A stretch of 64,000 nt of DNA from Longimicrobiales bacterium (GTDB lineage Bacteria > Gemmatimonadota > Gemmatimonadetes > Longimicrobiales > Gaopeijiaceae): the NCBI GenBank assembly GCA_965238005.1, contig OZ250165.1:3136001-3200000 (forward strand). The letters run 5' to 3'. The notes beneath the pieces are model-generated. The model was not told the origin of the DNA. It made no database searches and was given only the letters and a program-made list of their open reading frames with translations. This document shows, piece by piece, positions 31,194 to 40,903 of this stretch. The position numbers and the translations under genes were made by a program. Position 1 is the stretch's first letter. The number at the start of each line of letters is the position of its first letter.

Positions 31194-32775
31194 ATGAGCC
31201 CCTCGGTTCGAGTCGTACTCGCGTGCTCACTGGCGTCCCTCCCCACCCTGACGGCTACGACCCCTACCGCCGTCGCCCAGTCGTTTCCCTCCGACGACCC
31301 CGTGATCCGGGCGATCTGGGGTGAAGGGACCGAGCGCTCGCAGGTGCATGAGCTGGCCCAGGCGTCTCACGGGCTCGCCCGCCATGGCCGGGGCCAACGA
31401 CTGGACGGTGGCCAAGTACGCAGAATGGGGCATCTCTGCCTACAAGGAGCAGTACGGCACCTGGCGCGGGTGGGAACGGGGCATCAGCCACATCGACCTC
31501 ATTTCACCGCGAGTGCGATCGCTGGAGGGCATGGCAGCCGCATGGAGTCCAGCCACCGACGGACCCGTGGAGGCGAGCGTCGTGATCCTGGCGGACGGCG
31601 GAAGCCCCGAGGCGTTCGAGGCCTGGCTGCCGGAGGTGCGCGGCAAGTTCGTGCTCATCTCGCGCCCGGAGACGAGCTGCCGCCCGCGGGACAACCTGGA
31701 GTGGTTCGCCCGGCCCGGGACGCTCGAGCGCATGACCGAGGAGCGCGAGACAGCCGTGGAATCCTGGCGAGAGCGGGTGGCCGACACCGGCGTTGACCGG
31801 CGGGTGCTACCGGAAGCGCTCGACGCCGCGGGCGCCGCGGGCATCATCCGGTCCCAGTGGTCCGAGGGCTGGGGCGTGAACAAGATCTTCGGCACCCGGG
31901 CAGAGCGCGCACCGGTGCTGGACCTGAGCTGTGAGGCGTACGGGCTCGTGTACCGCCTGGCCGAGAACGGGCAGGAGCCGGTGCTGCGCATCAACGCCGA
32001 GGCTCGCTTCTTGGGTGAGGTCCCGGTCTTCAACGCCATAGCGGAGATCCCCGGAACCGCCCAGCCCGAGGAGTACGTGATCCTGGGAGGTCACTACGAC
32101 TCTTGGGACGGCGGCTCGGGGACCTTGGACAACGGTACCGGCGCGGTCGTCATCATGGAGGCGATGCGCATCTTACAGAGCGTCGTCCCCCGCCCTCGCC
32201 GGACGATCATCGGCGCCCTATGGAACGGTGAGGAGCAGGGCCTGAACGGCTCACGCGCCTTCGTCGAGGACCACCCCGAGATCCTCGAGAGCACCCACAC
32301 CGTGTTCAACGTGGACCACGGGACGGGACCGGTCACATTCATCCCCATGCAGGGGTTCGCTCAGGCCGGAGGATATTTCGGTGAGTGGCTCGCTCACGTG
32401 CCCAACGAGCTGGCGGACCAGGTGACGCTCGAGATTCCCGGGACTCCCGAGTCGGGAGGGACGGATCACGCCTCATTCGTCTGCGCCGGCGTGCCGGCCT
32501 TCAGCTTCCACGTGGGTGCCGGTCGAAGGGAGGGCCTCGCCATGGGCACCAACCGGTGGGACACCAGCGTCTACACGTGGCACACCAACCGCGACACCTT
32601 CGACAAGATCATCTTCGACGACCTGCGGGATGACGCGGTGATGACCGCCATGCTGGTCTATCTGGCGTCGGAAGACCCGGAGCGGATCCCCCGGGACCAG
32701 CGGGCGCTGCCGGCGGGCTCACAGTGGCCGGACTGCCGCTCGCCGGCGCGGAGCTCGGAGGAGAGCAACCGGTAG
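31194..32775 (+). pseudogene. M28 family exported peptidase, frameshifted near 31362 by a probable short deletion
   Basis: N-terminal frame ...SQVHELAQA switches to RLTGSP...; GGHYDSWD, GEEQGLNGS, GTDH. Confidence 0.85.
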
Positions 32776-32794
32776 GCCTGCCGTCGACAGCTCG

Positions 32795-33128
32795 GAGCTG
32801 GAGGACGGGACGCGCGTTTCCGCGGAAACGTCTCAGAAGCTGTCGTGCGATGCGAGCATGGTCCAGCTCACCGAAGCCCCGGACGGTTCCGTGCTCGACG
32901 TCGGGCTGAAAACTCGGACGATTCCGCCAGCCCTCAGGCGGGCGCTGGAGTCCCGAGACCGTGGGTGCCGCTTCCCGGGCTGAGCCTGTCGAGGCACTCG
33001 TGCAGCAGAACCGGCTCCGGGGCGTCGAACCCGACTTCCTCACCAGCGCGGCCCGGTACAAGCGCGAGGACGACATACCCGCGGGCGTCTTCGCCCGCGC
33101 TCTCGAGGCTTTGGAGGGCGCAGCCTAG
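32795..33128 (+). pseudogene. DUF222/HNH endonuclease remnant lacking the HNH core
   Basis: RVSAETSQKLSCDA...KTRTIPPALRRALESRDRGCRFPG* then a jump to a C-terminal piece. Confidence 0.75.
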
Positions 33129-33250
33129 GACGGTGCGGATTCGGACCGTGTAGCCTCAGCCCCACCCCGCCGTTGACCGACCAGTCAGCATCCGTGAGCT
33201 TTTCGGTTGACGGAAACTGAGTCAAAAGCGATGCCGAGAGGTTCGATCTC

Positions 33251-35551
33251 GTGAGCATATGCTCGTCCGTTCCCCCATTTAGATCACGCTGGACCGGGCA
33301 CGCGAAGCAGCTCTCGACCCCGCCCTGGGCGCTCGCCCTGCTCGCCCATCTCGCCCTCCTCGCCCACCTCGCCCTCCAAGCCACCGCCATCGCCCTCCTC
33401 CTCGCCGCCACCGCACCACCCCTCTCCGCACAGCAGAGCAAGGAGATCTACCAGGTCCGAGCGGTGCGGGTGGATCAGGGGCCGAACATCGACGGGGTGA
33501 TGGACGATGCGGTGTGGGCCAGGGCAGCGCTCATCGACGAGTTCATCCAGCAGGAGCCCAACGAGGGCGCCCCGGCCACTGAGTGGACCGAGGTTCGCCT
33601 CCTGTATGACGGGAGCAACCTGTACGTGGGGGTCCGGGCGTTCGACTCCGATCCGGACGGGATCATCGCCACCGAGATGCGGCGCGATTCTCCCCGGATC
33701 CTGGACGAGGACAACTTCCAGATCATCCTCGACACGTTCGACGACTCGCGCTCGGGCTACATGTTCGTCACAAGCCCCCTCGGCGCGAAGCTCGAGCAGC
33801 AAATCTTCGAGGAGGGTGAGGGGCGTACATTCGGCCTCTCGTCGAACATCAACCGGGACTGGAACGGGGTCTGGCACGTCTCGACGCGGCGGACGCCGGA
33901 CGGTTGGACCGCCGAGATCGCAATCCCCATGGTCACGCTCCGCTTCCCGGCCACGGACCGGCAGGACTGGGGCGTCAACTTCATGCGGAACATCCGGCGC
34001 AAGAACGAGCAAGTGTTCTGGGCGCAGATTCCGAAGGCCTACAGTCTGACGCGGGTCAGCCTCGCCGGCAGCTTGAGGGATCTCCGGTCGCTGAACCGCG
34101 GGCTCGACCTTCGCATCAAGCCGTTCGCGGTCGGTGGAGGACGGAGGGTGTCGGAACACGGCGTCGTGGACAACTCCAGGCAGAGCGACATCGGCCTCGA
34201 CGTGAAGTACGGCCTCACAGCCGGGCTCAATCTCGACCTGACCCTCAACACCGACTTCGCCCAGGCCGAGGTGGACGACGAGCAGGTCAACCTCACCCGC
34301 TTCGCGCTGTTCTTCCCCGAGAAGCGCGAGTTCTTCCTGGAGAACGCCGGACAGTTCAACGTCGGCACCACGAACACCTTCCAGCGCATCGCCGACCTGT
34401 TCTTCAGCCGGCGGATTGGCCTGTCCGAGACCGGTGATGCCATCCCCATCATCGGCGGAGCCCGGCTGACCGGAAAGGTAGGCCGAAACAACATCGCCGT
34501 CATGGGCCTCCAGACCGACGACGCGTTCGGGCAACACGGCGAGAACTTCCTGGTGGCACGCTACAGCCGTGACATCTTCACACGCTCGAAAGTCGGTGCC
34601 ATCGTCATCAACAAGGAGTCGACGGGCGACGACCACTTCAACCGGACCTTCGGCGCCGACTTCGTGCTGGCCCCGCACCCGAACCTGGCGATGAACGGAT
34701 TCATCGCCAAGACATCGTCACCGGGCGTCTCGGAAGGGGACATGGGGGGGCACTTCCGGGCCGAGTGGCTCGACCAGTCCTGGAAGCTCCACCTCGAGTA
34801 TTCGCACCTCCAGGACAACTTCAATCCCGAGGTCGGCTTCGTACCGCGGCTCGGGATTCGAAAGACCAGGCTCCACCTCGAGTACAATCCGAGACCGGAG
34901 CGCTGGGGCATCCGGGTACTCCAGCCCATGGTCAACGTCACCTACACCACGGACCTGAACAACCGCCTCCTGACACGGCGTATTCACAGCATGATCGGGG
35001 CCCAGATGGACAACGGGGCCCGCCTCGTCATCTGGTACAACGACTACTACGAGCGGCTCGATGAGCCGTTCGCGCTGCGGCCCGACGTCGTCATCGCACC
35101 CAGTGCCTACAACTTCGCGGAGTGGCAGTTCTGGCTGACGAGTGATCCGTCCAGGAGGATCTACTCCGAGATTCAGTACAAGCCGCAGACCTTCTTCGAC
35201 GGCGACCGCACGGACGTGAGCCTCACCCTCGGACTACGGCTGACCGACCGGCTCTCGACGGAGGGGAAGTACTCGAGGAACGATGTCAACCTGCCTGCGG
35301 GTGACTTCGTCGCGGAGCTCGGATCGATACGCGTGGACTACGCGCTGTCGCCGAAGATGACGCTGCGCACGCTGACCCAGTACAACTCACTGACCGACCA
35401 GTGGAGCACGAGCGTGCGGTTCAACTACATCTATCGTCCGGGGAGCGACATCTACATCGTCTACGACGACGTACGTCGAGATCCCACCGGCCTCAGCGAG
35501 ATCCGGGACCGGCAGATCCTGGTGAAGTTCACGTATCTGCTTTCGCGGTAA
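33251..35551 (+). CDS. CBM9-like/DUF5916 outer-membrane protein
   Basis: IDGVMDDAVW, NTDFAQAEVD, FFPEKREFFLE, LFFSRRIG, C-terminal KFTYL. Confidence 0.88.
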   Translation: MSICSSVPPFRSRWTGHAKQLSTPPWALALLAHLALLAHLALQATAIALLLAATAPPLSAQQSKEIYQVRAVRVDQGPNIDGVMDDAVWARAALIDEFIQQEPNEGAPATEWTEVRLLYDGSNLYVGVRAFDSDPDGIIATEMRRDSPRILDEDNFQIILDTFDDSRSGYMFVTSPLGAKLEQQIFEEGEGRTFGLSSNINRDWNGVWHVSTRRTPDGWTAEIAIPMVTLRFPATDRQDWGVNFMRNIRRKNEQVFWAQIPKAYSLTRVSLAGSLRDLRSLNRGLDLRIKPFAVGGGRRVSEHGVVDNSRQSDIGLDVKYGLTAGLNLDLTLNTDFAQAEVDDEQVNLTRFALFFPEKREFFLENAGQFNVGTTNTFQRIADLFFSRRIGLSETGDAIPIIGGARLTGKVGRNNIAVMGLQTDDAFGQHGENFLVARYSRDIFTRSKVGAIVINKESTGDDHFNRTFGADFVLAPHPNLAMNGFIAKTSSPGVSEGDMGGHFRAEWLDQSWKLHLEYSHLQDNFNPEVGFVPRLGIRKTRLHLEYNPRPERWGIRVLQPMVNVTYTTDLNNRLLTRRIHSMIGAQMDNGARLVIWYNDYYERLDEPFALRPDVVIAPSAYNFAEWQFWLTSDPSRRIYSEIQYKPQTFFDGDRTDVSLTLGLRLTDRLSTEGKYSRNDVNLPAGDFVAELGSIRVDYALSPKMTLRTLTQYNSLTDQWSTSVRFNYIYRPGSDIYIVYDDVRRDPTGLSEIRDRQILVKFTYLLSR

Positions 35552-35697
35552 TACCCAGCTCACGCCCGATCGGGTAGCGGCCTTCGAGGGCTGCGTTCAG
35601 CGGAGTCGGGCACCCAGCCCAACATGTTGCCCAGCATGTTGCGAATCCCTCGGATCCGCTCCACTCTAGCTTCACCTGGTCTCGTGCAGATATCTGC

Positions 35698-35893
35698 TGG
35701 CTGAGACAGTACTGGGCGAGCCTCGAGCCGTTCACCAAGGGGTTCTATAACCAACGACATGGAGGCCGATGTGACAGTCGCCGCGGTCAACACGAACTAC
35801 CGGGAGAACTACGCTCGGCTCGTCACCATCAAGAACAAGTACGACCCGACCAACCTGTTCCGACTGAACGCGAACGTGGAGCCCACGATTTGA
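35698..35893 (+). pseudogene. BBE-domain C-terminal remnant, paralog of 55627-57132
   Basis: YWASLEPFTKGFY (+1) TND...NYARLVTIKNKYDPTNLFRLNANV*. Confidence 0.85.
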
Positions 35894-35958
35894 GGCGCTC
35901 CCGCTTGGCGTCGAATTCGAGGCCTTCGACCTCGCTGCTGTTCACCTGGGAGGTACAC

Positions 35959-37128
35959 ATGCGGAGCGACATGCGGTTCACCCTGGTCTTCACCGTGCTC
36001 TTGGTCCTTGGGAGCCTCGCACCACTCGCGCCACTCGCGGCGCAAAGTGGACCGGCACGCACGAGCGCCGAACCGTTCAAAGTCGGGACTTTCGAGATCC
36101 GCGGCGTTCCGCAGGTGGGGATCGTCCTGCGGGACCGGCTGATCGTGGACCTCGTCGCGGCAAACACCACCCTCGAGACGAATCCGACCTACCCGAAGAT
36201 CCCGATGCCGGTAGACATGCTGGAGCTGATCGGCAGGTATGAATATGGCTTGCGGCCTCGGCTCTACGAGATCGTCAACGACCTGGTCGCCAATGACCGG
36301 CTCGCGGTGGATTCACGGCCCGACTTCGTGTACGAGGTCGAGGACCTCCGGACGCTTCCACCGATCATGTATCCCGGGAAGATCCTCAACGCGGCGGTCA
36401 ATTTTTACAGCCACGTCGAAGAGACCGGCACCCCCGAGGAGCGAGCGACTGCGCGAAGAGCGCGGCGTGAGAATCGTGGGGTGCCGTACCTCTTCCTCAA
36501 GCCGAGCAGGGGGGCCGTCATCGGCAATGGCGATGAGGTCGTGATTCCGTACGGTCGCGACCGCACCGACTGGGAGGTCGAGCTTGCAACGGTGATCGGC
36601 CGCACTGCCAAGTACGTAAGCGCGCCACAGGCGCAGGACTACATCTTCGGCTACATGGTCTCACTCGACATCTCGGATCGCGGTGGCCGTCCGCCCGGGG
36701 GGAATCCGCTGCGATCGGACTGGTTCGTCGGCAAGGGCCACGACACCTTCGCGCCCATGGGCCCGTGGATCGTGCCGAAGGAGTTCTACGGCGACCCGAT
36801 GGAGAACCTCAGGCAGACACTGAGCGTCGGCGACACGCAGATGCAGGAAGCGACGGCGGGTGACATGATTCACTCTCTCTACGAGGTGATCGAGTACGCC
36901 TCGTCGATCATCACCCTCTTTCCGGGCGACGTGATCAACAACGGGACCTCCGGCGGTGTGGGAATGGGCACGGCGGTCCGTGGAGAGCAGCGGTTCCTGC
37001 AGCCGGGCGAGGAGATCGTTGCCACGATCGATGGGATCGGAACGCTGCGGATCCCCGTGGTGGCCGAAGGGCCGCCACCCGCCGGCACCGGTGCCCGCTT
37101 GCCGCCGGTGCGCACCTACCGGGACTAA
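35959..37128 (+). CDS. Exported fumarylacetoacetate hydrolase family protein
   Basis: PYLFLK, DWEVELATVIG, GKGHDTFAPMGP, TLFPGDVI. Confidence 0.9.
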   Translation: MRSDMRFTLVFTVLLVLGSLAPLAPLAAQSGPARTSAEPFKVGTFEIRGVPQVGIVLRDRLIVDLVAANTTLETNPTYPKIPMPVDMLELIGRYEYGLRPRLYEIVNDLVANDRLAVDSRPDFVYEVEDLRTLPPIMYPGKILNAAVNFYSHVEETGTPEERATARRARRENRGVPYLFLKPSRGAVIGNGDEVVIPYGRDRTDWEVELATVIGRTAKYVSAPQAQDYIFGYMVSLDISDRGGRPPGGNPLRSDWFVGKGHDTFAPMGPWIVPKEFYGDPMENLRQTLSVGDTQMQEATAGDMIHSLYEVIEYASSIITLFPGDVINNGTSGGVGMGTAVRGEQRFLQPGEEIVATIDGIGTLRIPVVAEGPPPAGTGARLPPVRTYRD

Positions 37129-38390
37129 ACCCCAGGGTATGGTTCCTCCAATCGTAACTCGGGACGCGCCTCGAGGAACGCCCGGACCCGGTCCTCCCGC
37201 CCAAGCGCCACCGGGATGAAGTCCAGCGCCTGCTCCAGCCGCTCGTCGGATGCGGCACAGCTGAACCGCAGGAAGCCCGCCCCCACGTCACCGAAGCACT
37301 CGCCTCCCAGACAGGCCACGCCGAACTGGTCGTCGGCCCCCTCCAGCAGGTAGAGGGCCAGGCCGTGGCTCGTGATTCCCATGCGATTACAGACGGCGGA
37401 CACGTTCGGGAAGACATAGAACGTGGCGCGAGGCTCGAGGGAGTGGAAGCCGTCGATCCGGTTTAGACCCTCGGTCAGTAGGCTCACCTTGCCGCGGAAC
37501 TTCTGCATCGTCGCGTCCCGCGCGGAGCTGTCGAGCTCCAGGGCCGCTTTGCCGGCCAGCTGCACGAAGGGCGGCGTGCAGGACAGCGTGGTGTTGATCA
37601 TTGTGCCCATGCGCTCGGCGGTGGTCGGCGAAGACACCGCGAAACCCAACCGCCACCCACCCATGCTGTACGACTTGCTGAACGTGTAGGCGGCCACGCC
37701 GTGGTCCAGCATGCCGGGCTCGGCCATCAGCGAGTGGTGCCGGCCCTTCCACACCATGTGGCAGTAAGGCTCGTCGCTGAACACGGCGATCTGTCTGCCC
37801 CGGATGAGGTCGGCGATGCACCGGAGGTCTTCTTCGGTCGCCACTCCGCCCGTCGGGTTGTGGGGCGAGTTGAGGAAGATCCCCTTCGGGGACGGATCAT
37901 CCGCGAGAAAGCGCTCGATCTCTGTGAGATCCGGGCGGAAGTCATTGGCCTGTCTGAGTGGCGCGAACACCGGACGTGCCCCGCGCCGTAGGATGTTCGG
38001 CACGTAGGTCGGGAAGTACGGACTGAAGACGAGCACGCCGTCGCCCGGGTTCAGAAACGCCTCGCAGAAGAACTGCTCGAAGACCTTCGCACCGGAACCG
38101 ACCACCACGTTTTCACCTTCTGCCGCGATGCCGAACTCGTCTCGGACGTATCGGGCCGCGGCCGCACGGAGCTCGGGAAGGCCCGGTGAAGCACAGTAGC
38201 GCGAGTGGTTGTTCTCGATCGCTTCGATCCCGGCGGCCTTGGCCGCAGGAGACGTGTTGAACGGGCTGTCTCCGATCTCCAGCTCGACGACATCCTTCCC
38301 CGTAGCCTGAAGTTCTTTCGCGACGGCCAGGACGGCGAACGCGGTCTCGGCCATGAGGGATTTTGCGAACGCGCTGAGTTCAACGGTCAC
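37125..38390 (-). CDS. Class I/II PLP aminotransferase (aspartate aminotransferase-like)
   Basis: NSPHNPTG, SDEPY, TFSKSYSMGGWRLG. Confidence 0.93.
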   Translation of the reverse strand: MTVELSAFAKSLMAETAFAVLAVAKELQATGKDVVELEIGDSPFNTSPAAKAAGIEAIENNHSRYCASPGLPELRAAAARYVRDEFGIAAEGENVVVGSGAKVFEQFFCEAFLNPGDGVLVFSPYFPTYVPNILRRGARPVFAPLRQANDFRPDLTEIERFLADDPSPKGIFLNSPHNPTGGVATEEDLRCIADLIRGRQIAVFSDEPYCHMVWKGRHHSLMAEPGMLDHGVAAYTFSKSYSMGGWRLGFAVSSPTTAERMGTMINTTLSCTPPFVQLAGKAALELDSSARDATMQKFRGKVSLLTEGLNRIDGFHSLEPRATFYVFPNVSAVCNRMGITSHGLALYLLEGADDQFGVACLGGECFGDVGAGFLRFSCAASDERLEQALDFIPVALGREDRVRAFLEARPELRLEEPYPGV

Positions 38391-38589
38391 GGTTGCGGCT
38401 CCTCGTCTGGATCGGATCGGTCATTATGGGCCGGTCTCTTTGAACTCGCGACTCCCGGCCCGTATCATGAACGCCGCCGATTGAAGCGATACCGGTAGCG
38501 AACGCGTCCCCGGGGACGGAGGCACCCCCACATGCGAGACCGACTCGACCGCATCCGTCACCCTACGAAGATTCCGCAAACCGGGCCCG

Positions 38590-38675
38590 CCAATACGTGG
38601 GGCAGGGTGCTCAGTACCGCCGGCGGCCTCGTGTTCTTCGGGGATGACAGCGGCGCCTTCGCGGCGGCCGACTGA
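38590..38675 (+). pseudogene. PQQ-dependent dehydrogenase internal remnant
   Basis: TWGRVLSTAGGLVFFGDDSGAFAAAD*. Confidence 0.6.
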
Positions 38676-38895
38676 CTCGTATTCTGTTCGGCCTCCACCC
38701 ATAATACCCGAAACCCGGGTATTTGCCTGCCCCCAGTGGGGGTCAAGGCCAGGTGGTACCTGAGGGTTCAGATCCATCTTGGGGATTCGGACGGGATGGT
38801 TTACTTTTCGCGGGACGGGCTGATCTCACGTGTTCCGGCGACCGGAGGCGAGCCAGAAGCTGTGACGTCCCCGACGGGCGCAGCGAGGGCTACTG

Positions 38896-39213
38896 GTGGC
38901 GTACTACTTGGTTGAAGCAGTGGCTAAGGAAGACCTACTCCCAGAGCTTGCGGAGCGGCTGGAGAAAGACGAGTTCCTTCCCATGCACCCGTTCGGCGCC
39001 TCCGTCACATTCTCGCTGCGTGGCGCCCGCAGGCGCCCCGACGGCGGCGTGGTCTGGGAGGAAGAAGACTATTGTTCTCCACCACTCGCCCAGGAACGCC
39101 AGGCAGTACTCGACGAGTACTTTGAAGACCTTCGCGTCACACCCGTCCAAAGGCACGAGGGCTGGGCTCAGATCCGTGATCTGCCGCCACTCTTCCCTGA
39201 GTTGGGGGAGTAA
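38896..39213 (+). CDS. Small hypothetical protein
   Basis: Coding-like composition; WEEEDYCSPPLAQERQAVLDEYF. Confidence 0.7.
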   Translation: MAYYLVEAVAKEDLLPELAERLEKDEFLPMHPFGASVTFSLRGARRRPDGGVVWEEEDYCSPPLAQERQAVLDEYFEDLRVTPVQRHEGWAQIRDLPPLFPELGE

Positions 39214-39358
39214 CGCGTAGCGGCGCCCCCCCTCATTGCATTTCGGCGGCCCGCAACGCGGCCTGACGTATCAGCTGGGCGAGACGGTCTTGTAGGCGGC
39301 GCATGGGACTCCCCTTGGTGGTGTGGACTGGCGGGCGACCCGCCCCGGACAAGGCCTC

Positions 39359-40774
39359 CTAGCGGATCACCTGCGGCTGGTCCGGGCTTTCGTCCCAGAA
39401 CTGAGCACTCGAGATGTTCGGCATCCCCCAGTCGTTCCCGTTCCAGCCCTGGAAGTGGTCCAGCCTGAACGCCCAGAATCCGGTGTTGAAGTCGCTCACC
39501 ACGATGAGCCCGTCCGCGTTCCGGATGTCCACTCCCCAGGCGCCGTCGTAGATGTTGCCCGTGGTGGCTTGGATCGGCCGGTCACCGTCCCCGTAGAGCA
39601 TGGGCCCCTGCCGCGTGTGGTAGTAGCCCACGGTGAATGGATGCGTGGGATCCGCCATGTTGACGATCTGGAGCCCATCGTCCTGAGCCGAGATGAAGAC
39701 GTACGGCCAACGGACCTCGTGGTTATGGGTCGAGCCCCCGAACTTGGCGATCCAGGCCCCGATCCCCGATCCCCTCACGATGTTCGGAGTCTGTCCCTCG
39801 GAGCCCGGCGGCCGTAGGTCGAAGAAGCGGACCGGCGAGTGCTGATAGGTGGGCTCGGGCATGCCGAGTCCATAACGGCCGTCGGGCGTGGGTGTGAAGG
39901 TGTGTCCGTTCTCGACGCCCGGGACGCCGGTGACCGAGGTGAGGAGCCGGGGGTTCTCAACGTCCGTCATGTCGAAGACGTGGAAGCCCCGGGTACCGGC
40001 GCCGTAGAAGCGGTCCTGCGCGGCGTCTGGAAGGAACCCGACGTACATGTCGTGCCACTGACGGCTGCGAGTCGCCGAGGGCTCGGGGACGGAGATCGCC
40101 GAGACCGGATCCAAATCGCCAGACGCCAGCTGAGCGATGTCGTATATGAAGGCGTCTTTAGACTGGGTGGTGGCCAACAGAAGTGAGCGGCCGTTGGAGT
40201 GCCTATAGGTGAAGATGTTGTGGAAGCCGCCCGGCAGGTCCGGGAGTCGGAGCTCCGCGACCTTGCACACGGTGGACCCGTCTGGAAGCCCGGTCACGTC
40301 GAAGACCATCGCTCCCAGATCGAAGTCCGGCCCACCCTGCCCGAATTGGCAGGACACGATCACGTAGTACCGGCCCTCCGCCTTGGCGTACTTGATGTCC
40401 ACGCATCCGGTGCCGAGATGGAGATCCGGATCGTCCACGATGTACCGGTAGAGGACCTTGGGATTCTCCTCATCCTCGATGCTGATCGCATAGAAGCCCG
40501 ACGCGCCGAAACGCTGTGCGATGTAGGTGAAGGGCCGATCCGTCTCCTGCTCGATCTCGATGTCGGCGTGGCTGAAGCGCTGCCCGGGCAGAGGAATGTG
40601 CGAGACGACCTCGATGTTGGGTGTCCCCGGCTGGCCCACCGGGTGCCCCGTCTCGGGTTGAATGCAGCTCGGATCGCCAAAGCACGTCACCTGCGCTTGC
40701 GCGCCGGAAGCCGTGAGGCCGGCGATCGCCGCCAGGGTGAGCGTGTACAGAACCGGCAGGGTTCGCTGGCGCAT
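39359..40774 (-). CDS. Exported LVIVD-repeat-like protein, paralog 4
   Basis: GGFHNIF, WHDMY, GHTF, HNHEVRWPYVFIS, GWNGNDWGMPNISS. Confidence 0.8.
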   Translation of the reverse strand: MRQRTLPVLYTLTLAAIAGLTASGAQAQVTCFGDPSCIQPETGHPVGQPGTPNIEVVSHIPLPGQRFSHADIEIEQETDRPFTYIAQRFGASGFYAISIEDEENPKVLYRYIVDDPDLHLGTGCVDIKYAKAEGRYYVIVSCQFGQGGPDFDLGAMVFDVTGLPDGSTVCKVAELRLPDLPGGFHNIFTYRHSNGRSLLLATTQSKDAFIYDIAQLASGDLDPVSAISVPEPSATRSRQWHDMYVGFLPDAAQDRFYGAGTRGFHVFDMTDVENPRLLTSVTGVPGVENGHTFTPTPDGRYGLGMPEPTYQHSPVRFFDLRPPGSEGQTPNIVRGSGIGAWIAKFGGSTHNHEVRWPYVFISAQDDGLQIVNMADPTHPFTVGYYHTRQGPMLYGDGDRPIQATTGNIYDGAWGVDIRNADGLIVVSDFNTGFWAFRLDHFQGWNGNDWGMPNISSAQFWDESPDQPQVIR

Positions 40775-40903
40775 GATCACTCCTCGGTACTTGAAACCTT
40801 CAAAGGATGCGTTCAGGCGGGTGGTAGGTCGGACATGACCGCAAGATGCGACCAGGTCGCGTGGGGCCACAAGGTGGGACGGCGCCAGACGCGACCCGTC
40901 GGA

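Noticed and set aside
32981..32983. TGA after CRFPG where Cys is expected (possible Sec)
   Set aside because: Coincides with the deletion junction; the HNH core does not continue downstream
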